From NCBI RefSeq assembly GCF_036323395.1, contig NZ_AP028907.1, positions 240,001 to 272,000 of the forward strand: a DNA stretch of 32,000 nucleotides, given 5' to 3'. This document shows, piece after piece, positions 17,197-25,432 of this stretch. The position numbers and the translations under genes are program-made. Position 1 is the stretch's first letter. Each line of letters begins with the position of its first letter. This DNA is from Pyrodictium abyssi. Its GTDB lineage: Archaea; Thermoproteota; Thermoprotei_A; Sulfolobales; Pyrodictiaceae. The notes below the pieces were generated by a model, which did not search any database, was not told the DNA's origin, and was given only the letters and a program-made list of their open reading frames with translations.

Positions 17197-17816
17197 CCAT
17201 ACACCACCAATATGTCCTCAAAGAATATGTGGAGGCGTTTTTTCTTCACAGCTATTCCAGCACTTCTCAGCGAATCAAGCACGTCTTTATCGCTTCCACT
17301 CAACGAGGAGTACACCAGCGTTACACACTTCAATCCCTTACAAGTGCTAACCAGTCTAGCTAGCCTCTCAGCCTCGTGTATACCACCGCTCCATGCCAGC
17401 CCTTCCAGGCCCTCGTCCTCAACCGGTAGATACGGCGTATTGTAAACGACCAGCCCTTCGCTGGGACAGCGTATACAAGTCATATTATCACACTGTGCAA
17501 CATCAACTAGAACGTCCAGGCCCATTCTACGGGAGTTCAGCAAGCTACAGTAGACCGCGCATGGACTCACGTCTATCAATACTGTATAGCTGCCGTACAC
17601 GCCACATTGAAGACCAAGTACCCCCGTCCCAGCCCCCACGTCAACGCATACAGCCAGGCGGCGCTCTCCCTGGATTTCTTTAACGGCTTCTAGTGCTAGC
17701 CACGTGTCTTCCGCCGGCTCATATACACTTTCACAGACACATATAGCCCGGGCACCATCCAGATAGACTTCCCTAACACACTTGGCTTCGCACTCGTAGC
17801 CTACTCTACTCTCCAC
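17172..17816 (-). CDS. HemK/Mtq2-like (COG2890) methyltransferase
   Basis: 214 aa. VYEPAEDTWLAL, SAM-binding motif VDVGAGTGVLGL, and a catalytic tetrad that reads NTPY (VVYNTPYLP). GTG start. The 3' end overlaps the SPOUT gene by 25 nt. Confidence 0.7.
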   Translation of the reverse strand: MESRVGYECEAKCVREVYLDGARAICVCESVYEPAEDTWLALEAVKEIQGERRLAVCVDVGAGTGVLGLQCGVYGSYTVLIDVSPCAVYCSLLNSRRMGLDVLVDVAQCDNMTCIRCPSEGLVVYNTPYLPVEDEGLEGLAWSGGIHEAERLARLVSTCKGLKCVTLVYSSLSGSDKDVLDSLRSAGIAVKKKRLHIFFEDILVVYGCKEEGQG

Positions 17817-17855
17817 GCTCCTGCGCCCCGCCTCTCATGGGGACTAAGGCGCCGG

Positions 17856-18614
17856 CTACTCGGCCTGGATAAGCGTGTAGAACTCTTCTGGTGCTAGCTC
17901 GTAGACGCGTCGTCCGCCGAACCGTTTCTCCGCCTCCGCGCGCTCCAAGCTAAGGCATTTACTAGCTACTTTCGCTGCCTTCTTGTTCCTCTCCGCGAAC
18001 ATACACCGAGTCAGCTCTTCGAGCCTCCGAAGAGCCTCTCTAGGCGGCTTGTCCCCCCTAGGCTCTAGCACAACTAGCCTCGAGAACACCTTGGGTCTAG
18101 GCTGGAATGCTGACGGCGGAACGACCTTGCCGGGTCTAACATGGTATACTAGCTGTACTAGTACTGTTATTCTCCCATACTGCTTGCTAGCAGGCTTTGC
18201 TGCTATCCGGTCTACAACCTCCTTCTGCAGAAGCAGCATAGCTGGCTTCTGGGCCTCGACAGCGAGCAGTGATAGGAGCGGCCCAGTTATATTGTAGGGT
18301 ATGCTCCCGTAGACCGCGTCTACATGGCTAATATAGACGGGGAGGCTTAGCACATCCCCGTGAATTGGAGCGAACCGCGCATCGAAGAAGGACAGGCTAG
18401 CAAGCCAGTCAAGCAGCCTATAGTCGACCTCTATTCCTACAAGTAGCTGGGGCTTACAACGTTTTAGTACTTCGGAGGTAAGAAACCCCTTTCCTACGCC
18501 CACTTCTAGCAGCGTTTTAAAGCCGCAAGCCCACTGGGCGAATTCTCTCGCAACCCAGCGCGCTGTGAGAAAGTTCTGGCCAAGCCTCTTAGAGGCTCTA
18601 TGACTGGCCCTCAC
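17856..18614 (-). CDS. ksgA: 16S rRNA dimethyladenosine transferase KsgA/Dim1
   Basis: 252 aa. SKRLGQNFL at the N-terminus, EVGVGKGFLT, and IPYNITGPLL. GTG start overlaps the DUF655 stop region by 17 nt. Confidence 0.9.
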   Translation of the reverse strand: MRASHRASKRLGQNFLTARWVAREFAQWACGFKTLLEVGVGKGFLTSEVLKRCKPQLLVGIEVDYRLLDWLASLSFFDARFAPIHGDVLSLPVYISHVDAVYGSIPYNITGPLLSLLAVEAQKPAMLLLQKEVVDRIAAKPASKQYGRITVLVQLVYHVRPGKVVPPSAFQPRPKVFSRLVVLEPRGDKPPREALRRLEELTRCMFAERNKKAAKVASKCLSLERAEAEKRFGGRRVYELAPEEFYTLIQAE

Positions 18615-19338
18615 TGCTGCCTGCTTCCTCCGTGCCTACAAGCTGTCTGCCGAGCTTCGAGTATATCGTGCCCAGGTAGTTTAGGAAGAGGGGCCTAACT
18701 GGCTGCTCGAGTTCGCGTCTAGGCGGCTTCACGAATAGGTAGTACTTTTGGCCACCTTTCAGCTCTTCTACTATGCGCTCAGCTACAACCTTCACCGGGT
18801 CTATGTGCACCTGTTTCCTTATGTCCTCATAGCTTTTGAAAGGCTCGCGCTCTCTCGCCTCTATTATCTTCATAACGGTCTTCTTACCGACACCCGGTAG
18901 TAGCTCAAGGCTATGGAACCTAAGAGTTATAGGGCCAGCAATGTTGAAGAACTCGACGAATATAGGCTCCTTCTTCCTTACTATTTCTTCTATCACGCTG
19001 GGTAGCATCTCCTTCGCGAAGCTTGTCAGGTCGTCGTACTCTATGTCAGCCTCGACACGGAATACCTTGTCACGCATCTCGGCTACAGGGCCAACGTATA
19101 CCCGCTCGCCCACCTCTAGCTGGGCACCGTGCCGGGGCGACGCCTCCATTAGTATAAAGTAGTCTTCACCGACTAGCTGTATGACGGGCTTATTTCTATG
19201 CCATGGGTGCCTATCGGTTGGGTTGCCCATAGGTAGGTAGTCGAGCACATAGGCGTACTCCTCGTACGGCCTAGTGCCGCCTCTACGTCGCCGTCTCGCC
19301 CTACGCTGCTGCATAGCCGCTGCCCCTCTCGCGCTCAT
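18598..19338 (-). CDS. DUF655/COG1491 OB-fold plus helix-hairpin-helix nucleic-acid-binding protein
   Basis: 246 aa. EEYAYVLDYLPMGNP...VIQLVGEDYFILME...FVEFFN...HSLELLPGVGKKT matches the family pattern. It sits in the conserved position between rpoF and ksgA. Confidence 0.85.
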   Translation of the reverse strand: MSARGAAAMQQRRARRRRRGGTRPYEEYAYVLDYLPMGNPTDRHPWHRNKPVIQLVGEDYFILMEASPRHGAQLEVGERVYVGPVAEMRDKVFRVEADIEYDDLTSFAKEMLPSVIEEIVRKKEPIFVEFFNIAGPITLRFHSLELLPGVGKKTVMKIIEAREREPFKSYEDIRKQVHIDPVKVVAERIVEELKGGQKYYLFVKPPRRELEQPVRPLFLNYLGTIYSKLGRQLVGTEEAGSSEGQS

Positions 19339-19363
19339 CTATACTAAGCGCCACGACCAAGGG

Positions 19364-19370
19364 ATTTAAA
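19364..19370 (-). promoter_or_regulatory. TATA box (TTTAAAT on the minus strand) upstream of the DUF655-ksgA genes
   Basis: The minus strand reads CTCTTTAAATCCCTTGGTCGTGGCGCTTAGTATAGATG. The TATA element is centred about 29 nt before the ATG at 19338. Confidence 0.5.
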
Positions 19371-19550
19371 GAGGCCGGAACCGGGTACATGCACTATTAG
19401 CATACAATTAGAAAGACAATGCACCATACTCCGGATACTGGGGTACTGCCGGCTTGACCTGGTCCTAAGGCTATCTGGTATGCCTTTGCTAGTACAGTGA
19501 TTATTTATGCTATTATAGAAGGCAGAAGGATAATGCTCCTTGGCTTGCTC

Positions 19551-19895
19551 TTATTCCTGGCCACAGCTCTCTTTCAAGATCTCTAGGGCCTTCTCAACGA
19601 CGCTGTCATCATAGCCTCCGTCTATGTCGCCTAGTATAGCCTTCGCCTCTTCAACGCTCGCTGGGACTATGTTTATGAGTATTGATGCTGCAAATTCGCT
19701 AAATCCTTCCTCTACCAGCTTGCCGAGAGCCTCTTCTGCTGCCTCTGGGCTGCACTTGGAGAACTTGGCTATATACTCATATGTTCTAGCTACTACCGGG
19801 TTTTCCTCTATAATCGAGCCCATAGACTCAAGTATCTTCTTTGCCACAGGTATAGGTGCATACTTGGCCTCAAGAATCTCTACCACGGCCAACAC
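19551..19895 (-). CDS. rpoF: DNA-directed RNA polymerase subunit F (Rpo4)
   Basis: 114 aa, acidic and helical. ARTYEYIAKFSKCSPEAAEEALGKLVEEG...AASILINIVPASVEEAKAIL follows the RpoF pattern. The L21e-RpoF-DUF655-KsgA order is conserved in archaea. GTG start. Confidence 0.75.
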   Translation of the reverse strand: MLAVVEILEAKYAPIPVAKKILESMGSIIEENPVVARTYEYIAKFSKCSPEAAEEALGKLVEEGFSEFAASILINIVPASVEEAKAILGDIDGGYDDSVVEKALEILKESCGQE

Positions 19896-20033
19896 CCTGC
19901 CGCCGAGCGTTACGTCGAATCTCCGCGCCCGTGCACAGGAGCATCCTCAAGCTATTGCACGACACTATATAAAATCTGGATTGGGCAACATATGTGCGTC
20001 GAAGCCAGTTTACCTAGACCAGCGCGCGGCTGG

Positions 20034-20363
20034 CTAGCTCTTCTTCTCCTTTGGCGGCGTCAGAGCCTCTGGTGGTACTGGGCGTAGATGCTCTGGTCTG
20101 ACTATGAGCGTCTTTATCTTGCTCCCGACCTTGAGCTGGAGTATGTAAGCCTTCCCCCTCTTACCCACAACCGTGGCTACCTTGCCGTGGTAGCGGCGGT
20201 GCGGCATACCCCTCATCACAGAGGGGTTGATTATTATGTAGACCTTGTCGCCTGGCTTGTACTCGCGCATTAGCAGGCTTAGCGGCGGCACAGCGCCACG
20301 CTCGCGTATGTGCTTGCGTAGAAGCTTCCTACTACGGTGCCTGAAGCCCCTAGATGCCTTCAC
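20034..20363 (-). CDS. rpl21e: Ribosomal protein L21e (eL21)
   Basis: 109 aa. KASRGFRHRSRKLLRK...YKPGDKVYIIINPSV..GMPHRRYHGKVATVVGKRG is classic L21e. The GTG start is supported by the conserved N-terminus; the next in-frame Met is at residue 32. Confidence 0.95.
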   Translation of the reverse strand: MKASRGFRHRSRKLLRKHIRERGAVPPLSLLMREYKPGDKVYIIINPSVMRGMPHRRYHGKVATVVGKRGKAYILQLKVGSKIKTLIVRPEHLRPVPPEALTPPKEKKS

Positions 20364-20404
20364 TCTCTATCCCCCGGTACATCCGCCGTGAGGAAGGCTC
20401 GGTA

Positions 20405-21781
20405 TTATATCCTCTTAGGGCCCTGGGGTACGGACTCTAGCACACCTAGCACATCAAGCTCCGCACAGTAGGCCTCCGCGCCGAGGTACTCGGCAAAGCT
20501 GGGGCTCGTATCGCCCCCGTCGCCGCTCACCAGCTCTTTTATGTAGAGGCCTCCCTCTGCCACGATCACGGCCTCGAAGACGCTAGCACCTATACGTCTC
20601 GTCTTGACGCCGAACACTACGCGTTCGCGCACTACGTCCGGCCTCCGGTGCCTCACTCTGCGGGGAGTTCGCTGCCGGATCGAAGCCCCCGTGAAGAACT
20701 CCTCTAGGCCACGTAGCTCCTCATCGCTTACCTCTCTGGAGACTACGACTAGCGCCTTGTATATCTTCGACCTCTTAGAGTGCTCGCCCTTGACCTTAGA
20801 CACGTCTCTACGGTAGGCCCTGCCCTCTAGCTTAACCTTTACAAGGCCCGCCGCATAGCGGTTGACAGTAGCTTCTAGGAACTCTGGGCTGAAGCGCCTA
20901 CGACGCGCCCTCTTCAGCTCCACTATGAAGGGCCTGCCTAGACCCAGCATCCGTGCGTCCGCATCTTCTCTACCCGAGCCATGAAGTATAGCGTCGTCTG
21001 CGTCGACCACCTCAGCTAGTATGAACAGGGCGTCCTCGACACTGAATGGGTATCTACGCTCCCCGTACCTGGTTATCCAGGCAGACTGGGATACTCTGCG
21101 GGCTATCTTCCAGTACCTGCCGCGGAGGAGCAGGGGCATAGCATGTATACTCACACTGCCCCGAGGGACCTCGATCTCTACCACTACGTCCGGGTTATCA
21201 AACTCTGGCTGGAGCCCAGTAAGCTTCTGAAGCCTCTTGCTAACCTCTCTCTTCACCTCCGAGGCTATAGACTCCGCGTAGACCAGCCCGAAGCGCCTCT
21301 TGAGCTCGTCTTCACGCTCTCGTAGCTCTGGGTCAAGCCTCGCCGCTACCAGGAAGTTGCCGACATCCATCCTGGAGAGCATCTCTGCCGCGCGCCGAGC
21401 CGCCTCGTCGAAGAGCCTTGGGAGCCTCGAGCCACATATGTAGCACTCCCTATAGCTTAGCGTTCCCCCGTGGGTCTCGCTGTACAGCTTCTCGGCTATA
21501 CCACCGATATTAGGCGCTAGTTTCTCCAGCTCCGCGCGGCTAGCATCGCTACCCTCACGTATACCAGCATGAAGCCCCATCACTATGAGGCGTTTTAGCG
21601 CGTCGCCCCTCTCAGCGTTACTCCAGCCCCTGCCGAGTAGAGCAAACATCCTGCCCAGACAGTAGCTGCAGAGGGGATACTCTCGGAGGATGGCATAAGC
21701 CTTCTCAATAATCCTAACTGCATCCGAGGCTATGGTGCTGGTCTTCTGTATCCCTGCATCCCCGGCGGCACCGCTCATCAT
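20405..21781 (-). CDS. pus10: tRNA pseudouridine(54/55) synthase Pus10
   Basis: 458 aa. N-terminal zinc module (EKAYAILREYPLCSYCLGRMFA ... CYICG), a THUMP-like middle, and a C-terminal catalytic domain with GREDADARMLG.GRPF and GGLYIKELVSGD. Confidence 0.85.
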   Translation of the reverse strand: MMSGAAGDAGIQKTSTIASDAVRIIEKAYAILREYPLCSYCLGRMFALLGRGWSNAERGDALKRLIVMGLHAGIREGSDASRAELEKLAPNIGGIAEKLYSETHGGTLSYRECYICGSRLPRLFDEAARRAAEMLSRMDVGNFLVAARLDPELREREDELKRRFGLVYAESIASEVKREVSKRLQKLTGLQPEFDNPDVVVEIEVPRGSVSIHAMPLLLRGRYWKIARRVSQSAWITRYGERRYPFSVEDALFILAEVVDADDAILHGSGREDADARMLGLGRPFIVELKRARRRRFSPEFLEATVNRYAAGLVKVKLEGRAYRRDVSKVKGEHSKRSKIYKALVVVSREVSDEELRGLEEFFTGASIRQRTPRRVRHRRPDVVRERVVFGVKTRRIGASVFEAVIVAEGGLYIKELVSGDGGDTSPSFAEYLGAEAYCAELDVLGVLESVPQGPKRI

Positions 21782-22229
21782 ACGCTACCATTGCTGCTGC
21801 TACGAGCCACCAGGGCTTTAACCCGATACGCTGGCCCCGGACGAGTATACAGTCTCCACACGCACCCCCGGCTAGGACCTCTTCTGCATCAACACATGAC
21901 TCGGTATCGCCTATGCTGTTTCCCGCCTCGACTCTTATCCCGGGCCATCCTCCCCTAGCTACCGCGTTGCGCAACACACCTAGTAGGCTCGATTCGTCTG
22001 CACGCAGCCACCGGACCCGGGACCCATCTATGCGCAGCGTTAAGGGCTTCTGCTCGCCGCCAGCCTCCGTCCATACTAGCAGCTCTACACACACCCATCT
22101 ACGTATACTATTGGATAGCAGCAGAGCCGAGACGGCCACCAAGCCTGCACGGAGAAGAGAGTCGGGAGAAGGCTCACCGAGGTAGACTACCCTAGCCCGG
22201 CAGCCGCCCCATCTTCGCGAACTTCTCAA
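21714..22229 (-). CDS. trmY: Possible TrmY-like (DUF358/COG1901 SPOUT) tRNA m1-pseudouridine54 methyltransferase
   Basis: 171-aa ORF with a TTG start. LLRAGLVAVSALLLSNSIRRWVCVELLVW....KPLTLRIDGSRVRWLRADESSLLGVLRNAV resembles the TrmY core (GR.D...R....AL..S..iR.D..v.L.l....P.ti...G......PDERS). The C-terminal GLKPWWLVAAAMVAYDER resembles the SPOUT knot end. It lies between srp54 and pus10 and overlaps both. Confidence 0.5.
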   Translation of the reverse strand: MRSSRRWGGCRARVVYLGEPSPDSLLRAGLVAVSALLLSNSIRRWVCVELLVWTEAGGEQKPLTLRIDGSRVRWLRADESSLLGVLRNAVARGGWPGIRVEAGNSIGDTESCVDAEEVLAGGACGDCILVRGQRIGLKPWWLVAAAMVAYDERCRRGCRDTEDQHHSLGCS

Positions 22230-23541
22230 GTATATCCTTCCTCTTCCGGAGCTGCCTCATCATCCTTTTCACGGTCTTGTAGTAGTTGTATAGCTCCCGT
22301 ACCTCACTCATCTCCACACCCGCGCCTATGGCTATCCGTTTAACACGGCTACGCTGTTCCAGGAGCTCCGGGTCATCCAGCTCCTCGTAGGTCATCGAGT
22401 TCATTATGCTTATCCACTTCTTCATCTTCTCCTCGCTGACCTTGGCAGCCTCGTCGAAGGAGTCAAGCATCGTGGAGAACCCTGGTATCATCTGGAGCAC
22501 CTTGCGGAAGGGGCCGAGCTTTCTCATCTGCTCGAGCTGCTTGTATAGCACGCGGAAGGTTATCTTCCCCGCGACCATCTCTGCAACAGTCTTCTCGAAC
22601 TCCTCGACGCTCTGTAGCCTCTCTATGCGCTCTAGGAGTGACTCTAGGTCTCCCATGCCGAGTAGTCTCGCCACGAAGCGGCGTGGCCTAAACACTTCTA
22701 GCTCGTCGACATCCTCGCCGGTTCCGATGAATTTTATCCTAGCCCCGGTCGCTGCTACCGCTGATAGCGCGCCACCACCCTTGGCTGTTCCATCCATCTT
22801 CGTAACCACTATGCTTCCTATCGGCGTAGCCTCGTGGAACCGCTTAGCCAGGTCGTAGCTCTTCTGGCCCATAGCAGCGTCTATCACCAACATGACCTCG
22901 TCGGGGCTTATGGCCTCTGCTATCCGACGCATCTCCTCGAGAAGTGCCTCCTCCTCGCCGTAGCCGTGACGGCCAGCAGTGTCTACTATGATTATGTCTG
23001 CTCCTCTCTTCTTCAGCTCCTCTACACCCTTCCGGGCTATGGCTACAGCGTCCTTGGAGCCCGGCTCCCCGTAGAACATTGCACCTACGCGGTTGGCTAG
23101 CTGCTGGAGCTGCTCGTAGGCACCCGGCCTATAGGTGTCGGCGGCGACTACACCTACACGGTAGCCCATGGATCTGTAGAACTTAGCCAGCTTACCCACC
23201 GTGGTGGTCTTACCGCTCCCTTGTACACCAACCATCATTATCACGTAGGGCGTGTACGGCGGCTTCACCTCCGGCTCCGTGTCCCCGCCGAACAGCTTCA
23301 CTAGCTCCTCGTAGGTTACCTTGACCAGCCATTCACGCCTACTAACGCCTGGAGGAGGCTGCTCCTTGAGAGCTCTCTCGCGTATCCTCTTTGTCAGCTC
23401 GAACACAAGGCGGACGTTCACGTCAGCGGATATTAGCGCGCGCTGGATATCCCTAATGTACTCCTTTACTATCGCCTCATACGGGCCGCTACGCTTTAGC
23501 AGCTTTCCTACAGCCTTCCGTAGGTCGTCTAGACCCGGCAT
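22192..23541 (-). CDS. srp54: Signal recognition particle protein SRP54
   Basis: 449 aa. N-domain, G-domain (MMVGVQGSGKTTTVGKLA, DTAGR, TKMDGTAKGG), and a Met-rich M-domain. Confidence 0.97.
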   Translation of the reverse strand: MPGLDDLRKAVGKLLKRSGPYEAIVKEYIRDIQRALISADVNVRLVFELTKRIRERALKEQPPPGVSRREWLVKVTYEELVKLFGGDTEPEVKPPYTPYVIMMVGVQGSGKTTTVGKLAKFYRSMGYRVGVVAADTYRPGAYEQLQQLANRVGAMFYGEPGSKDAVAIARKGVEELKKRGADIIIVDTAGRHGYGEEEALLEEMRRIAEAISPDEVMLVIDAAMGQKSYDLAKRFHEATPIGSIVVTKMDGTAKGGGALSAVAATGARIKFIGTGEDVDELEVFRPRRFVARLLGMGDLESLLERIERLQSVEEFEKTVAEMVAGKITFRVLYKQLEQMRKLGPFRKVLQMIPGFSTMLDSFDEAAKVSEEKMKKWISIMNSMTYEELDDPELLEQRSRVKRIAIGAGVEMSEVRELYNYYKTVKRMMRQLRKRKDILEKFAKMGRLPG

Positions 23542-23585
23542 ACCTTCCCCCTACCGGCTACACTAGACAGCCTCGCCCGGGATAA

Positions 23586-24623
23586 TTATCGTAGACGCCT
23601 CCTCCCAGCCACTATGGCTACAGTAGAGAATAGCCACGCCACAAGCAGTAGTGTGGCAGCCCTGCAGGAGTAGCCCCACACAGGCACCGCTGCCAGGAGC
23701 AGTACGTAGGGCAGTAGCGTGAAGCGCCGGGCATTAGGGAGCCCAGCCGCCACCGGGACCATCATGGGCGCGTGCACAGCTATATGCGCACCAACAAAGC
23801 CTATTAGCACAGCGTGCAGCGCATAGGCGCCTACCCCCTCCACCACCGCGTAGAGGCTGAGGGCCGCCGCCACAAGCACCGCTATGTGGCCTACGGCGAA
23901 GTATCTGCGCGCAGCCTTGCCGCCCTGTATGCATCGGTTCGCCTCGTATAGCCTAGCACCGATAACGTAGAGAGCCATCGAGAGAAGTACTGCTGGGCCT
24001 GCATAGCTGCTCCCCGCGATGGCTGCTACCCCGGATACGAGCGAGGCCGCGGTGGAGGCTGGTAGAAGCCATAGTACCGGCTTGAGCCCACACGTCATCG
24101 TGAAGGACTGGAACGAGACCGCGTACACCATGGGGAGTAGTAGGCTGTACGTCAGCGCGACCGCCGCGCCACGGACACCGGAGCCGCTATAAGCGATGAA
24201 GACGAGCACACTCGACACCAGGTATGATAGCGATATGTGCATGTAGCTTGCACGGGCTACGGCGTTGCGGAGCCTCACAGCCCCAAGCGCCGCCAGCACC
24301 GCCATAACCGCGGCTGGAATACTGTAGAAGAGCCACGCGCTAGGGGCTCCGCTGTACGCTAGCAGGGGGAACACTGAGAGGGCCACTACTACCGGAACAA
24401 CCGCCGCCTCGGCCGCCCCGCCTAGACGGTGTAGGACGGGCGCCGAGTACGCATAGGCCATAACACTGGTGAACAGCGTCAAGCCGCCAGGAACCATGAA
24501 GGCTACATGGGTATACACATTCCCACGATATGCGGCAGAGAGGGCCACAGCGACATAGACTATGGATACGGCTATCCCTGCCCTTATGCTCCACAGCCTG
24601 GCTCTACGCCACAGCCCCGCCAA
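23586..24623 (-). CDS. Polytopic integral membrane protein, function unknown
   Basis: 345 aa, very hydrophobic and Ala/Val/Leu-rich, with roughly 9-11 predicted helices by eye. TTG start. I recognise no motif. Confidence 0.6.
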   Translation of the reverse strand: MAGLWRRARLWSIRAGIAVSIVYVAVALSAAYRGNVYTHVAFMVPGGLTLFTSVMAYAYSAPVLHRLGGAAEAAVVPVVVALSVFPLLAYSGAPSAWLFYSIPAAVMAVLAALGAVRLRNAVARASYMHISLSYLVSSVLVFIAYSGSGVRGAAVALTYSLLLPMVYAVSFQSFTMTCGLKPVLWLLPASTAASLVSGVAAIAGSSYAGPAVLLSMALYVIGARLYEANRCIQGGKAARRYFAVGHIAVLVAAALSLYAVVEGVGAYALHAVLIGFVGAHIAVHAPMMVPVAAGLPNARRFTLLPYVLLLAAVPVWGYSCRAATLLLVAWLFSTVAIVAGRRRLR

Positions 24624-24767
24624 GCCTGGGCAGCACCACCATGCGTGAGGCCGTAGCCTCCTCTAGAACCCGTGGCAGAATACGCCACCGAGGCGTATAC
24701 CCGGCCTCAAGGCTATAAGCCGTAGAGTACTATACCACCGACATGTTGCGGCAGCCACGGGTAAGGG

Positions 24768-24772
24768 AAAAA
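24768..24772 (-). terminator. Oligo-T tract (T5 on the minus strand) downstream of aIF5A
   Basis: The minus strand reads TTTGCAGTTTTTCCCTTACC about 50 nt after the aIF5A stop. Confidence 0.4.
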
Positions 24773-24823
24773 CTGCAAAGGAATGCTGGGAACGCCGACA
24801 CAGCTAGAATTCATATTCATTCA

Positions 24824-25231
24824 TTACCTCTGACCGCCGCGTACACGCGTTATCATGTACTTGCCCATGACAACCCAGTACTCTACCTCGACGCCAGGCT
24901 GGAGCTTGGAGCGCAGGTCCTCATCGCTGGGCTTCTCCACCTCGAACGTCTCGAAGGTCTCCATGTCCATTATCTGGACCATGTCGCCCATGTCGGCTAT
25001 TACCTGGCCCACACGCTTGTCTATTATCGGCACCTCTACACGCGCATCAACAGGGGCCGTGAGGGTCTTCTTGTTGCCCGAGAAGAGGCAAACCGCCACC
25101 ACGTGAGCCTTAGCACTACCGTGCTTACCCGTCTTGGCGCGGCTCATCTCCACGATCTTGCAGGGCTCACCGTCTATCACTATGTAGCTGCCGACGCGTA
25201 GCTCACCCAGAGTCGCGTAGGTGATGCTCAT
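24824..25231 (-). CDS. eif5a: Translation initiation factor 5A (aIF5A), hypusine-containing
   Basis: 135 aa. [35 protein letters not shown] contains the hypusination loop TGKHGSAK. Confidence 0.95.
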   Translation of the reverse strand: MSITYATLGELRVGSYIVIDGEPCKIVEMSRAKTGKHGSAKAHVVAVCLFSGNKKTLTAPVDARVEVPIIDKRVGQVIADMGDMVQIMDMETFETFEVEKPSDEDLRSKLQPGVEVEYWVVMGKYMITRVRGGQR

Positions 25232-25314
25232 ACCACTCTACCCCCAGGCCCAGCGCCAGGCCCCCGGACATCTTTTAGCCTTAGCCCCCAGGCCCCCGAG
25301 GCACGACAGCAAGG

Positions 25315-25321
25315 TATTTAA
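25315..25321 (+). promoter_or_regulatory. TATA box (TATTTAA) for tRNA-Asp
   Basis: AAGGTATTTAACC lies 34-40 nt upstream of the mature tRNA 5' end at 25355. Confidence 0.55.
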
Positions 25322-25354
25322 CCGGGCACGAGTAGGGAGTGCCTTTCACATGGT

Positions 25355-25432
25355 GCCGCGGTAGTATAGCCTGGCCCAGTATGCGGGCCTGTCAAGCCCG
25401 TGACCCGGGTTCAAATCCCGGCCGCGGCGCCA
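25355..25432 (+). tRNA. tRNA-Asp: tRNA-Asp (anticodon GUC), CCA encoded, no intron
   Basis: Hand-folded. Acceptor stem GCCGCGG/CCGCGGC. D-arm GTAT-AGCCTGGCCCA-GTAT with two G-U pairs. Anticodon stem CGGGC/GCCCG with loop CTGTCAA (GTC at 25391-25393). T-arm CCGGG-TTCAAAT-CCCGG. Discriminator G, then CCA. Confidence 0.95.
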
